Positions 26,745-40,546 are shown, numbered from the stretch's first letter. The stretch is 64,000 bases of DNA from Squalus acanthias (GCA_030390025.1 CM059433.1:27158001-27222000); one strand, 5' to 3'. The notes: a model not told the origin generated them from the sequence alone. Made by a program: numbers and translations.

Positions 26745-27760
26745 TTTAGCAGTCGGCGCCGACTCCATGGATTTTAGATTATGAACATATACCCTTATTA
26801 AAAACTGGACAGGCTGTTTGGGGGGGGGGGAAGCAGTGAAAAACCACTCAAGCTGAAGATGACTCACGTAACCAGGTTGCATTCGTATGGAAACGAACTG
26901 TCCTTGGGAACGATGGCCCGAGAGGCCCACTCCCAAGTCTTGAATAACAAGGCTGGCGACTCATTGTTTCAGGAGAAGATGAGCTCGTTAAGTTAATCGG
27001 CTGGGAGATCGAAATGAGTCTGAAACCATCCAAACCTGGGAGGAAGCCTGGAAACCATTTCCCTGAGGCCATGTGTCCATTAAAACCACAGACAGCGGTC
27101 TGTGTATTGGAGGGGTATGTTAGAGAGCAGTTTGGATAGCTGTCTCTCTCTCTCCTGCCCTCCACACAACGGAACGTCAAGAGGAGCTGAGCCTTGCTCT
27201 TCCAACCGAGACAGACTTCGACTAAGGCTGGGACTCGCATGCCGCAAGGCCGGTACGGAACCAGGTAGCCGAGACGTACGGGAGGAAGCTGCAAGCAAGA
27301 TCAAAGGGCAATCTAGGTGAGCATTGCCAAGCCTACACACCCACAAGATCACTTAGCTGTGTGAGAGGGTGCCTGTATGTTCCGACCAAACCAGTGGGGG
27401 TTTAGCGTTGGAAGGGTCCTGTGATAGTTTAGTTCACAGGAGGGTGCTTTTAGGCCGTGGTAAGTCAGCACGGCAGGGACTTGTTGGACAAGTCAGGGTT
27501 GTACTGTTTTAAACTGTACTGTTGTGTTCACACCGCTCGTACTGTATGCGAGTGGAGTGGTTTTTGTCAACCTTAATAAATACTGTACGGGTGAGCCCGA
27601 AAACACTGTCCGTGTTCAAATCTGTCTTCAGTAATCCCTATCGTCCAGAACTTGTAGTAAGGGGGTTTGCGTGCTCGCTACGGGCGGGGCGAAACCACTT
27701 ACAATAATTGATGATTGCGGCAGGGGCCATAGGAAATTGGCCACCGCAAAAACTGGTTAC
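26745..27760 (+). mobile_element. Possible solo LTR or other ~1-kb insertion splitting a LINE fragment
   Basis: LINE sequence ccaagctg|ttccag interrupted; AATAAA near 27575; ends ...TACA; no clear TSD. Confidence 0.35.
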
Positions 27761-28205
27761 AGTTCCAGCAGAGCTACAACACCAGCCTCTACCAGACAAT
27801 GTGGAAAATTTCCAAGGTATCTCCTTTCAACAAAAAGCAGGACAAATCTCACCAGGGGTCCCACGCAGCCATTGAGCCAGCTTTTAAATTGAAAAAAACG
27901 CACATGCACAGACTTTTGGTTGGGCCACGCAGCCCAAAACAAAATTACAGGGCACTTTGATTACCGTACAATCATCGGCAAAGTGATGGAAGGAGTCGTC
28001 TGCAATGCTATCAAGCAGCACTTACACACTAATAACCTGCTTGATGCTCTGGTTCAGGTCTCATTACAGCCTTGGTCCGAACCTGGACACAAGAGCTGAA
28101 TTCCAAAGTTCTCTCGATTCAGGAACTGTTCCTTTAGATTGGAAAATTGCGCCTGTCACTCCGCTATTTAAGAATGGCAAGAGAGGGAAACCAGGGAATT
28201 ATAGA

Positions 28206-28483
28206 AACATAGAAACATAGAATCTAGGAGCAGGAGTAGGCCATTCGGCCCATCGAGCCTGCTCCGCCATTCAATATGATCATGGCTGATCATCCAAATC
28301 CAGTACCCTGTCCCTGCTTTAATCCCCACAGTACACATATCCCACCCTACCCCCGTAACCCCACTTATTTAATTCCCCCTAACATATCCCATCCTATCCC
28401 CATAACCCCACATATTTAATCCCCCCTAACACTAAGGGTCAATTTATCATAGCCAAATCAACCTAACCCACACATTTTTGGAC
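28206..28483 (-). mobile_element. 5'-truncated V-SINE (HE1-type) with CR1 tail
   Basis: Reverse complement of 57075-57313; TSD aattataga 28197-28205 / 28484-28492. Confidence 0.8.
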
Positions 28484-28667
28484 AATTATAGACCAGTTAG
28501 CCTAACATCTGTTGTCGGGAAATTGCTAGAGTCGATAGTTAAGGATAGGGTTACTGAACACCTCGAAAATTTTCAGTTGATCAGTGAGAGGCAGCATGGA
28601 TTTGTGAAAGGTAGGTCATGCCTGACAAACCTGACTGAATTTTTTGAGGAGGTGACTAAAATAGTGG

Positions 28668-29098
28668 CCATGATGCGGAGATGCCGGTGTTGGACTGGGG
28701 TGGACAAAAGTGAGAAGTCGCACAACACCAGGTTATAGTCCAACAGTTTTATTTGAAATCACAAGCTTTTGGAGCAGCTGCTCCTTCGTCAGGTGAAGTG
28801 AAGAAATACAAATGGGCACAGCATATATAGACAGAGAACAATGCCTGTGCAGAGAACAATGTCAGACGACTACAGTTAATTTTTCTGACTGCCCTTTATC
28901 ACACCTCGGCAGAGAGACAATCACGGCAATCAACTCCAACCAGGAAGACATTACATCAAAGACGAATTACATCGTCTGTCTATATATGCTGTGCCCATTT
29001 GTATTTCTTCACTTCACCTGATGAAGGAGCAGCCGCTCCGAAAGCTTGTGATTTCAAATAAAACTGTTGGACTATAACCTGGTGTTGTGCGACTTCTC
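28668..29098. mobile_element. Penelope-derived fold-back element; hammerhead at 29014-29051 (+), mutated mirror at 28759-28796 (-)
   Basis: TSD actaaaatagtgg 28655-28667 / 29099-29111; TCAC-CTGATGA-AGGAGCAGCCGCTCC-GAAA-GCTT-GTGA. Confidence 0.88.
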
Positions 29099-30307
29099 AC
29101 TAAAATAGTGGACAGAGGAATATCTATGGATGTTATTTATATGGACTTACAGAAGGCATTTGATAAAGTCCTATAAGAGACTGTCAGCTAAGGTAGAAGC
29201 ACATGGAATTGAGGGCAAGTTATTGACCTGGTTAGGAAATTGGCTGAGCGGCAAGAGACAGGCAGTAGCGATAATGGGCAGCTACTCAAATTGGCAGGAT
29301 GCGACTAGTGGTGTCCTGCAGGGATCTGTGTTGGGGCCTCAACTATTTACAGTATTTATTAACGACTTAGATGATGGCATAGAAAGTCATATAACCAAAT
29401 TTGTCGATGACACCAAGATAGGCGGCATTGTAGGCAGTGTAGATGAAAGCATAAAATTACAAAGGGATATCGACAGATTATGTGAATGGGCAAAACTGTG
29501 GCAAATGAACTTCAGTGTAGGCAAATGTGAGGTCATCCACTTTGGACCTAAAAAGGATAGAACAGGGTACTTTCTAAATGGTGAAAAGCTAAAAGCAGTG
29601 GAGGTCCAAAGAGACTTGGGGGTCCAGGTACATAAATCATTAAAATGTCATGAACAGGTACAGAAAATAATCAAAAAGGCTAATGGAATGCTGGCCTTTA
29701 TATCTAGAGGACTAGAATACAAAGGGGTAGAAGTTATGCTGCAGCTATACAAAGCCCTGGTTAGACCACACCTGGAGTACTGTGAGCAATTCTGGGCACC
29801 ACACCTTAGGAAGGATATATTGGCCTTGGAGGGAGTGCAGCGTAGGTTTACCAGAGTGATACCCGGACTACAAGGGTTAAAGTATGAGATTAGGGTTGTA
29901 TTCCCTAGAATTTAGAAGGTTAAGGGGTGATCTGATCAAAGTTTTCAAGATATTGAGGGGAACAGATAGGGTAGATAGAGAGAAACTATTTCCGCTGGTT
30001 GGGGATTCTAGTACTAGGGGGCATAGTCTAAAAATTAGAGCCAGACCTTTCAGGAGAGAAATTAGGAAACACTTCTACACACAAAGGGTGGTAGAAGTTT
30101 GGAACTCTCTTCCGCAAACAGCAATTGATGTTGATCAATTGTTAATTTTAAATCGGAGATTGATAGCTTTTTGTTAACTAAAGGTATTAAGGGATATGGG
30201 CCAAAGGCGGGTATATGGATTTAGGTCGCAGATCAGCCATGATCTCATTGAATGGCAGAACAGGTTCAAGTGGCTGAATGGCCTACTCCTGTTCCTATTT
30301 TCCCAGT

Positions 30308-30710
30308 TGATGTGAGAGTGACTGCCCTCAACATCAAGGCAGCATTTGAGTCTGGCACCAAGGAGCCCTGAAGTCAATGGGAATCAGGGAGAAAACTCTC
30401 CTGTGGCAGAAGTCATAACTGGCACAAAGGAAGATGGTTGTGGTTGTCGGAGGCCAATCATCTCAGCCCCAGGACATTGCTGCAAGAGTTCCTCAGGGCA
30501 GCGTCTTAGGCCCAGCTATCGTCAGCTGCTTCATTAATGACCCTCCATCCATCATAAGATCAGATGTGAGGCTCTTCACTGATGATTGCACAATGTTCAG
30601 CTCCATTCGCAATTCCTCAGATAATGAAACAGTCATTGCCTACATGCAGCAAAAGCCGGACATCATCCAGGCTTGGGCTGATAAGTGACAAGTAACATTC
30701 ACACCACAGA
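30308..30710 (+). mobile_element. RT fragment of the 18475/24140 LINE family
   Basis: VVVVGGQSSQPQDIAARVPQGSVLGP...FTDD. Confidence 0.8.
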
Positions 30711-31507
30711 ATCTCAGCAGGGGGGGGGGGGGAAGAGAAGCAGCGGGCAGGTTTCGTGGGGAGATCGGAGGCCTGGAAGTGGGGGAGACCTCGTGGGGGT
30801 ATTGGAGGCCTGGGGGGTGGGGGGGATGGTGGTTGGGTAGCCTCGTGGGAGGGAGGCCTGCTGGGGGGATCGGAGGTTTGGGGGGAATCGGGAGACTGGG
30901 GGGGGTCTCCGATCGTGGGTTAGGCAGGGACGCTGGATCCAGGAGGTAAGTGTAAAGGCACTTACCTCATGGATCCAGCAGTCCTCACCTTGCATTTGCT
31001 GGCGGGTTTCACAAGGCGTGTAAAACCCGACCAGCTAAAATTAAATACAAAATGGAGTTTAATGCAAAGGCTTCCAGCCTTGTTATAAAAGTTAAATAGA
31101 TAACCCACCTCCTGGCAGCGGATTGGCTGCCCGATCCCCATCCCACCTCCATTAAAACCGGAAGTGGGCGGGTTGGAGGCAAGTTCACGTTGCGATTCAG
31201 ATTTTTAAAACTTAACTACCCACACGCCCTCAACCCACCCGTTTTTTTTAAGTTAAAATTCCCTCCATGGAGTATGTAAGATTTTTTATATATTTTGCTA
31301 ACAGCTCACTACGATTGTCTTCACTTGGAGTCAAAGCATATGCTACTTTATAACAAAAGGTGCATTATTCATTTTTTTGATAAAATTAGAAATTTCAAGT
31401 CTTTCTCTCACAGTTAGTAAATGCCCTGCTGTGCAAAATATTATTTATGTCTAGATGTTTGCATTACCTAGAGTAGATTATCCTTTTATAAAATGGTCTG
31501 TTTTGTA

Positions 31508-33625
31508 ATAACATTCAAGGAAATAATGCACAATTTGCAACAAACATATATTCCTCTAGGGCATAAAAACACAAAAGGAAAAGTGATCCAACCATGGCTA
31601 ACAAAAGAAATTAAAGCTAGTATTAAGTCAAAGGAGGAAGCTTATAAAGTTGCCAGAAAAAGCAGCCAGCCTGAGGATTGGAATCTTTTTAGAAATCAGC
31701 AAAGGGGGACCAAGAAATTGATAAAGGGAAAATGGAATATGAGCAAACTAGCGAAAAATATTAAAACGGACTGTAAAAGCTTCTATAGGTATGTGAAAAG
31801 GAAAAGACTGGCGAAGGTCAATGTAGGTCCTTTACAGTCAGAGACGAGAGAATTTATAATGGGGAATGGGGAAATGGCAGAGAAATTAAATAAATTCTTT
31901 GTTTCTGTCTTCACGGAGGAAGACACAAAAAAACTCCCAGAAATACATGAAAACCAAGGGTGTGGCGAGAATGAGGAACTTAAAGAAATTATTATTAGTA
32001 AAAAAATAGTACTAGCAAAATTAATAGGACTAAAAGCCGATAAATCCCAAGGACCGGATGACCTACATCCTAGGGTTTTGAAAGAGCTGGCCATTGGGAT
32101 AGTGGACGCATTGGTTGTCATCTTCCAAAATTCTATAGATTCTGGAACGGTTCCTGCAGATTGGAGGATAGCAAATGTAACTCTGCTATTTAAGAAAGGT
32201 AGGAGAGAGAAAACGGGGAACTACAGACCTGTTAGCCTCATATCAGTAGTTGGGAAAATGCTGGAATCTATTATAAAGGATGCAATAACTGGGCACTTAG
32301 AAACCAATAGTAAGATTGGGCAGAGTCAACATGGATTTATGAAGGGGAAATCCTGTTTAACAAACCTATTGGAGTTCTTTGAGGATGTAACCAGTGGAGT
32401 AGACAAAGGGGAACCGATAGATGTGGTGTATTTGGATTTTCAGAAGGCCTTCGATAAGGTCCCACACAGGAGGTTGGTGAACAAAATTAGGGCACATGGA
32501 ATTGGGGGTATTATACTAGCATGGATTGAGAATTGGTTAACAGACAGAAAACAAAGAGTAGGGATAAACGGGTCTTTTTCAGGATGGCAGGCTGTAACTA
32601 GTGGGGTACCGCAAGGATCGGTGCTTGGGCCCCAGCTATTCACAATCTATATCAATGATTTGGATGAGGGGACTAAATGTAACATTTCCAAATTTGCTGA
32701 TGATACAAAGCTAGGTGGCAGTGTCAGTTGTGAAGAGGATGTGAAGAGGCTTCAAGGGGATCTCGACAAGCTCAGTGAGTGGGCGAGAACATGGCAGATG
32801 GAATATAATGTGGATAAATGTGAAGTTATCCACTTTGGTAGAAAAAAACAGAAAGGCAGAGTATTTCCTAAATGGTGAAAGATTGGGGAATGCAGATGCT
32901 CAAGGGGACCTGGGTGTCCTTGTACATGAGTCACTGAAAGTGAATATGCAGGTGCAGGAAGCCATTAGGAAGGCAAATGGTATGCTGACCTTCATTACAA
33001 GAGGATTTGAGTACAGGAGTAAAGAAGTCTTACTCCAATTATATAGGGCCTTGGTGAGACCACACCTGGAGTACTGTGTACAATTTTGGTCTCCTTACCT
33101 AAGGAAGGATATACTTGCCATGGAGGGAGTGCAATGAGGGTTCACGAGATTGATTCCTGGGATGGCGGGACTGTCGTATGAGAAGAGATTGAGTAAACTA
33201 GGCCTGTATTCTCTTGAATTCAGAAGAATGAGAGGCTATCTCATTGAAGCATACAAAATTATTACAGGGCTTGATAGGGTGGATGCTGGGAGAATGTTTC
33301 CCTTGGTTGGGTGGTCTAGAACCAGGGGCCACAGCCTCAGGATAAAGGGTAGGCCATTCAGGACTGAAATGAGAAGATATTTCTTCACACAGAGGGTGGT
33401 GAATCTTTGGAATTCTCTACCCCAGAGGGCTGTGGAGGCTCAGTCATTGGGTATATTCAAAACAGAAGTCGATAGATTTCTGACTAGTAAGGGCATCAAG
33501 GGATATGGCGATAGGGCCTGTGAATGGAGTTGAGGCAGAAAATCAGCCATGATCTCATTGAATGGCGCAGCAGGCTCGAAGGGCTGAATGGCCTACTCCT
33601 GCTCCTATTTCTTATGTTCTTATGT
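31508..33625 (+). mobile_element. 5'-truncated CR1 LINE ORF2 (RT), frameshifted
   Basis: YLDFQKAFD, GVPQGSVLGP, FADDTK; (ttcttatg)n tail. Confidence 0.95.
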
Positions 33626-34328
33626 AATAAGACGTGTGCTATAATGTGTTTTCCACAACATCGTGTAAAATATAACATGGAAAAGTTGGAAGCTGTAGTT
33701 GTTGAGAACCCTATAATGATAGGGTGTATTTATTCAGGGTTACATTGTTGTTGTCTTTTCTGTGACCTGCAGTCCCTTTGAGTTCCATTCCCTGATAGGA
33801 GCGTGGAACCAGTGAATTTTCCCTGTATGATTTGACAGTCAAGTACATGCTAAATAATTGGCCGGAATATCTACTAACGTGGTCAAAGTCATGAGTAAAT
33901 TTTTCAAAATGAAGATGGTAGTATGGAGAAAATGAACAAAATCCATTAGTCAGTTGATTCCGTTGTACTTTATGTCAATGGCAAAGTGAAAAGATACCTT
34001 GATTTATATGTGCTTAGTTACTGAAATCCAATGTTAACTTTGAGAGAAATAGTGAGAAAACAGGTTGAGTTAGAGCTTGACTTTGTGCAATAATATAAAA
34101 TGGGTGATAGCGAATCGGCAGCCCGTTTTACATCGCTCAGAAATTTTCACTTCCATCAATGGAACTTCTATCACCCATTTTACACTATCACAAAGTCAAG
34201 ATCTACCCCGATGAGTGCAAACTATTATTCTTTATATTTGTTTTGTTGCATATGAGTAAATTAGTTCAATTCTCATTCTGAAATCCGTTTATTATAGCAT
34301 ATAGTAAATGTGTTAAACTGATTCCTAC

Positions 34329-34382
34329 CGGAACACCATGCCTCCCCTCCTCGCCCTTGTATCCATGAAACCCACGCAATCC
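34329..34382 (-). CDS. COL21A1: Collagen exon GLRGFHGYKGEEGRHGVP
   Basis: 54 bp, ag/gt flanks, 93-bp intron from previous exon; compare recalled GARGLPGYKGEPGRDGDK. Confidence 0.85.
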
Positions 34383-34475
34383 CTATAAAAGGCATCCATG
34401 AAAATTAGTAAAGAAAACTGAGTTGCAAAGTGAACGTAAACAGTCTGATATGATTCACTAAAGAATGATTCTTAC

Positions 34476-34529
34476 CTGAATGCCTTGGGGTCCTGGTACC
34501 CCTGGGTTTCCAGGCAATCCTGGAATGCC
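34476..34529 (-). CDS. COL21A1: Collagen Gly-X-Y exon (first in window), GIPGLPGNPGVPGPQGIQ; COL21A1-like
   Basis: 54 bp, ag|...|gtaag, phase 0; matches recalled human COL21A1 segment GYQGIAGTPGVPGSPGIQ in register; gene symbol is from memory, not a search. Confidence 0.85.
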
Positions 34530-34729
34530 CTGTAAAATAATATTGACATTTTTAACACAGTAATCAAAATTCAGCAAAATCTATGGATCTATAAATTGTA
34601 ATTTACTTAAATACAATACCATAATGTGTGGGCATTTAAATGTAATGCATTTTAGACACGAGCCAGGAAAGAAGTACATTAGGGAGGATACTGAATTTTT
34701 GCACAATTCACCATACAAATAACCTTAAG

Positions 34730-35167
34730 CGTCAGCTTGGCTCAGTAGGTAGCACTGTTGCTTCTAAGTCAGGCTTAGAAATTCAATCACGCGCAAAATC
34801 GGGGAGGTAGGGCGTATGCTTAGGCACCCATTCTGCACCTGAAAAACAGGCGCTGCACCATTGAATTTCTAAGACAGATGGTTTTAGATTCAAGCTCCTC
34901 TCCAGGACATAAGCACATAATCTAGGCTCACACTTCAGTACAGTACTGAGGGAGTGCTGCATTGTCAAGGTGCCATCTTTCAGGTGGAATATTAAACCGA
35001 GGCCCCGTTTGCCTGTTGAGAAGGACGTATAAGATCTCATGGCACTATTCAAAGAGCAGGGAGTTTCCCCAGAGTTTTGCCCCAAATTCCTCCCTGAACC
35101 AACCTTTTAAGAGACATTTTAACTGATCATACATCTCATTTGCCATCTGTGGGACCTTGTCATGTTT
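34730..35167 (+). mobile_element. Deu-domain SINE 5' part (3' part resumes at 44515-44543 and 45275-45340)
   Basis: cagtactgagggagtgctgc...ttaaaccgaggcccc core; tail attggatgtaaagtgctttg at ~45280. Confidence 0.7.
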
Positions 35168-35392
35168 ACTTGTATGTCTTCTCTTCTTCTTAGGCAGTCC
35201 CTCGGAACCGAGGATGACTTGCTTCCACATTTAAAATGAGTTCTCAGGTGACTGATGAGTCCAATGCGAGACCTACAGTCTCTGACACAGGTGGGGCAGA
35301 CGGTGGTTGAAAGGGCGGGTGGGTGGGGTACTTGGGTTGACGTGCGCTCCTTGCGCTTGGCTTCCGCTTGCTCCCGGCGAAGAGACTCGAGG

Positions 35393-36831
35393 TGAAAGGG
35401 TTAATTTGGAATGGTCAAATTCAATTTCTACACAATTTGCAATAAAGCCATGAGCAGTGAAGGTTTTGCAAATTGAGACAAGGAATAGATAAGCTTACAG
35501 CTGCCAGACAGATTTTTGAGGGAGGGTTCGGTGTTTAGTAAACGGTATTGAAAGAGGCCTTTTACAGAGTTAGCTAGAGACCGTAGGCACGGTGCCAATC
35601 ACAGATAACATACAGTAATAAACCGTGGGATTAGACTATGCTCAAAAAGGTGTAACAAGATGTAACTGCTTTTTTGATTATTGCCAAATAAATATAGATA
35701 TAGGCAAAATATAATCAGGTGATTAATGTAATACCATATAATTGGACGAAAATCGATGTATGATGGCATGTAGCCAGAAATATTGAATATAAGCTGTACT
35801 GAACAAAGGTTAAACGAGAAGGATGTTACAAAGGTCACGGGACCTTTTTGACTCCGGCTCCCAAAGTACTTTGTCAATAAACTGTGTGTTTTTGAACTTT
35901 ATCTAGGCTCTGAGGGGTAGAAATTAGGTCGCGCCCCATTTGGGGCGCAAATATCGTCCGGACGCAAATATTAGCGCCTGGCGCTAATTATCGGCACTGA
36001 TGGGAAACTTCACTTTTACCGCCCCGGGAGGTGAGTGGAGCGCTAAAGCAGGCGCTGCACACCTCTCTTAAGGCGCAAAGGCCGAGCAGTGAGGCGCTAA
36101 CTCGGAGCGCTGGCGAAGCTCATGTAATGTCAGTCAGCAATGGAACACACACACAATGGCACGGGCCAGTTCTTAAAGGGGATGGTTAATCTTGCTTTCC
36201 ATCCACATCCTGTTCATTGCTGCCTTGAATCTCGGCCTGGAGAGACTTGCACATCAAATGTGCTGGAAAGAACAATGGAGAGCACCAGGCAAAGAGCTCA
36301 GAGTGCAGCTCCCACGGTCTCTGCTAAATCGATACAAGGAATGGCAAATCAAAATGAACCTGCAAAGTGCTGCTCAGTACCCAAAACTCCTTCACACAAC
36401 GTTGAATCTCTCCATAAGTCGCTCCCTCTCTCTCTCAGAATGCGTAGTTCAAAAATGCCACCAACAATAAAAGACAGGAAGAGGCCCCCTTTAAATAGCG
36501 CCCCCCCCAGCCCCACAGCGATTGATAGCGTTCCAGTCTTCTGGTCGTTGGAAGCGCCAGGCGGTAAGGCAGGGGGCGCCACTCAATTTCCGCTACGGGG
36601 CGCCCCAAGGGCGTTGCACCATGGAATGACGTCACAATCTGCGCGCGCAGGTGGTCGCAGCGGTAAGTTTTAGCGCCGCCGCACAATCTCAAGTTAAGTT
36701 CTCGAGCGGCGCAAACATCGCTGCGCCCGGGCGTTAGCGGCTTTGCGCCCCATTAGCGCCCTCTTAAGGCGCTAACGGGTGGCGCAACCAAGTGAATTTT
36801 TACCCCTGAGAATCTTATTTTCTCCCCAACA
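35393..36831 (+). repeat. 5' LTR (543 bp plus inserted MITE)
   Basis: Direct repeat of 43050-43592; AATAAA at 35876. Confidence 0.93.
35914..36806 (+). mobile_element. Harbinger MITE inserted in the 5' LTR
   Basis: TIR ggggtagaaatt / aatttttacccc; TSD TGA; empty site ggctctgagaatc in 3' LTR. Confidence 0.95.
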
Positions 36832-36834
36832 ATT

Positions 36835-36852
36835 TGGCGCTGCGAGCAGGGT
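36835..36852 (+). promoter_or_regulatory. Primer-binding site, probably tRNA-Ser(CGA)
   Basis: TGGCGCTGCGAGCAGGGT 3 nt after the LTR; near-complement of the recalled tRNA-Ser(CGA) 3' end. Confidence 0.7.
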
Positions 36853-37548
36853 GCTGCGAGGTTGACAGACCGTTTGTACCAGTGAACTCGGACGAGCAGT
36901 CAAAATTTTGACCGTCCAACAATTGTGTCATCTGGGAACACGGAATAACAGCATCGTAGCACTCCGAATGATAAAGAGTTGTGAGAAGTGAGAAACACAC
37001 ACAGTGAGTAGATGTGAGAAAGAGAGAGAGAGAGAGAGAGTGAGTAAATGGTGACTGTGGATGTTGAATAAGGCACACTCAGCCTGAGCTGGTTGTTAAG
37101 AGGGCAAATGCCCCACGCGAAGGCCAGGATTAACTGAGTGTGTGGATTGAATGAAAGTAAGAGTACATAATTTGAGGACATTTGAATGATATAAAGTAAT
37201 TAAGGCAGAACTGTTGTAGCGATATATGTCGAGAAGGGTAAGACCTGATTGAGCCCAGCGGACAAGGGGAGTGCCTGTCTCATACGCCTAGCCTCAGGCC
37301 GGTTATTAAGAGGGCAAATGCCCCACGTGAAGGCCAGGACCATAAAGTAGGCGTAGAGGCTCCAAAGCACTCCGGGAGGCAAAGTCAGAGGTGTGATTGA
37401 GTAACCAAAGTGTCACAAACTTTTTATTCGAAGGAAAATCTGTCGCCTAGCGAGACACAACAGAAGTAGGGTAAGATTGTAGTCAGACTAGGTTTCCTAG
37501 ACCAGCCCGATTAGAGGAACGCAGTAGAGGACTGACGTCGGACTATAG

Positions 37549-37870
37549 ATGGCATCGGGGAAAGGACTAGACTGGGGGCCAGAAGGGTCCCTTACTAGGT
37601 TCTATGCAGATGACCGGAAGGGTATGGTGGAAAAGATGATCAAGGACGGATGGGATCCGTTCCAGTCACCTGCCACTCAGAGGGAGTGGTGGATGAGACA
37701 GAAACAGAAAAGGATTAAGAAAGCAGGAGTGATCTTAGTACACCAACTGGTCGTAGTGACCAGGAAGGTACGAGATCTACATGTGGGTTTGATGAGACAC
37801 AACGAGAAAATCTTAGAGCTACAACAGGAGAATGAATACTTAAGAACAGGACAGAAGTTAAAGGAAAAAC
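37549..37870 (+). pseudogene. Probable truncated gag N-terminus
   Basis: First ATG ORF after the leader, basic patch and coiled-coil-like stretch; call is positional. Confidence 0.4.
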
Positions 37871-39859
37871 TGTTTAACCCTTTGAAAACTTGTTTTGTTG
37901 TTTTGAGTTTGTTAATTGTTTTACAAAAAGTAAGCTTCAGCCTTGAAGTCACAGTTGCCAATGTGCCTGGAAGAAAAAAAATGAATTTGAATGTCTACAA
38001 GGAATGGGTAATTGTTTCTTTGTTAATGTGGCTATGGTTTCTTTCTTTATCTTTGATACTGGTTAGTTTAAAAGAAAATTTTGATCTAGATTGAATTGGA
38101 GTTATTGAGGTTAATTAACCTATTAAAACCAGACTTTTATTGTGCACGGTGAAATTCTGGTTGGTGTAAATTTGTGTAGACCACATTGAATAAGATATTT
38201 AATGGTCTGAAACCAGACTTTAAAATATTTACAGTCTTGGATACAGAACGGGTTCTGGTCCATACCATTAAAGAGGAATCACAAGGGAAATTCGCTTTTA
38301 CTGTCAGGGATAGACAGGAGTTTTATATCAGACTTTGCAGGGAAAGCAGAGCCGATTCAACAGTTAGTTAAAGAGGGATCCAGTAGCGAAGGCAATGCCA
38401 CGATGTGTGGCTGCAATAAATTGTGCCCCAAGAATTAGAGGAAAAAAAAACTTTGAACTACAATTTAAGTCAAGCTGGTGTGTAAAACTGAGAAGAACAA
38501 CAAAGGTTTGTTTAACAAAGATTAAGTTTCGGTCTAAGATTTAACCTTGGAGTCGCGGTTGCTATGGTGAAATCTTCCAAAGCTGTTTGATTTGATTTGC
38601 TTAAATGTGAAAACTAATTTTTCTCCAGTTATATTCAATGTTTTTACAGTATTTTGGAAAGGCATCTGAAGAAAGGACAATAAGAAATATGATGTAATTT
38701 ATGGTTTTCTACAAGCATGTACTGGTTTGGTTTATTTTTTCTGTTCGTGTTCAGTTACGTGAAATGACGCAATTGCGTGCGTCTGACAATGTTTCGCTCC
38801 GCCTTCATAAAAAAAAACCCTGCAAAGGAGTTAATCCTTTCCACTGACAGCTGTTTAAGTTATAGAAATGAAATTGAACATTGACAAAACCTGTCAGTTC
38901 AACAGTACTGCTGTTTGGATTTCGGGATAATTTTGAAATGACAAAATGAACTCAGGCACTATATATTGGGTTACTTTTGGAAAAATAAAAGATCCTCTAA
39001 AATAATGATAAATAAAAAGTATTAATAACTTGGACCAAGTGAGAATGTTTGATCTATGTTTTCAATCTTAAATATTGTACTGGACAGTAAAGTTCCTCCA
39101 GGGCTCATGAATGAGATATGAATGGTAATTAATAGGATGTGTAAAATGGAGAAAGGAAGTGATTGAGGGTGAGATAGAAACAGGAGAATTACACCACCAA
39201 TTGAGAATTTTCCAAACTTTCTGGTGAAAGTCAGGAAAGTGTAGTTAAGAATAGTAAATTGATAGCTTTCTCTTGGAGACATTTGTGTCCCTGCCTATAA
39301 TGAACTTTTTAAGGAAACTGAATTTGATAGCCTGGCCACTACCCAAGACATCGGGACCATGCAGAGGAAGATGAACAAAGACCTCCAGACAATCTTTTGA
39401 TAAGATACCTGAAAGCCCGAGAAAGGCACATGTGGCATGATGGAGATACCGATATGAGTGTGCAAATGTGATTTGTTACATGTGAGGCAGTTGCCATCCA
39501 GGAATGTATGTTGAATCTGCACTGAAGAACGGGTCTCAGACATGCTCAGTTACTTGATAACAGCAAAACATGAAATGGTTAATGTGGTTCAGGAGAGCGA
39601 GACAACTTTTAAAGCATTGACACATACTCCGTTGAGAAACTATCTAATTAATGAAACAATCAGAATAGAGTTAAATACACTGGTACCTGTTAGAGGGATT
39701 GAAATTGAAGTTGAAGTGGAGAGTTACATGGAATCTGGATTGGGACAATTGAGGGCTAAGGAGAAATCATGTTTAGTAAGAATTATCCACAAGATGGATA
39801 TGAGTAAAAGAGAGATCTGGAAAATCTTTTAAGTCCATGATTTGTTGACCAGATGTTAA

Positions 39860-40389
39860 ACTGTAATGTCGCTTGAAATGATTGTAAGACTGAATTTAAC
39901 TGTGACTGTAATAATTGTGTTTTGTAGGTAACAGAGCGTGGGAAAAACCAGTGCGAATCCAGTATGAGATGGTTTTGGTGGTGCCTCCTGTGTCACCACT
40001 ACCACAATTACCATGCTTATGGGTCTAACAGGACCTGGCCCATCAACCAACACGTTTTTAAGTATGAGCTACACAATTATGTGGCACAATTCGGATACTA
40101 CATTCCCCTGTTGTCTGAGGAATTCAGTAAGCTTGTGATGCGACTGAACTCCTCCCTAAAGCATTTTTATGTTGTGGAGCAAGACAATTCGAGAATAGAT
40201 ATTGAAATTGACAGCATAGGGGACAACTCACACTGGTGGGATATTGGGCGTAATACATCAGCACACCCTTAGATTTGTATTATTTCACACGCTCTGGTAG
40301 TTCTCCAACTTGTAATGATAGTGTATTTGATATATGTAACCTATGTAGTAAGATACATAAGCCAATTGGGTACTCATGCCTATGACTAA
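39860..40389 (+). pseudogene. Degraded type-I membrane glycoprotein C-terminus (second env-like remnant)
   Basis: Cys-rich stretch, N-glycosylation sequons, heptad-like helix, WWDI, one in-frame TAG, then TM ICIISHALVVLQLVMIVYLIYVTYVV. Confidence 0.45.
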
Positions 40390-40546
40390 CCAGCACCAAC
40401 AAATTAATTGAGCACACCGAAAGAGAAGATCCAAAGCAATGTAGAGGAGACCCCAGGCGGGGTAACATCAGGAAAAATAGAAGAAACAGAGGATACCCCA
40501 GGCGGGGCAGAATTGGAACACCGGAACAATGAATTGAATTTGAATA

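Larger units (their letters stand above)
28100..30300 (+). mobile_element. CR1 LINE RT/3' region with two nested insertions
   Basis: NYRPVSLTSVVGK, GVLQGSVLGP, FVDD; CR1 3' UTR. Confidence 0.9.

Noticed and set aside
35599..35877. 92-aa antisense ORF present twice (also 43256-43534)
   Set aside because: Duplicated only because it lies in the LTRs; non-ATG start and no recognisable motif
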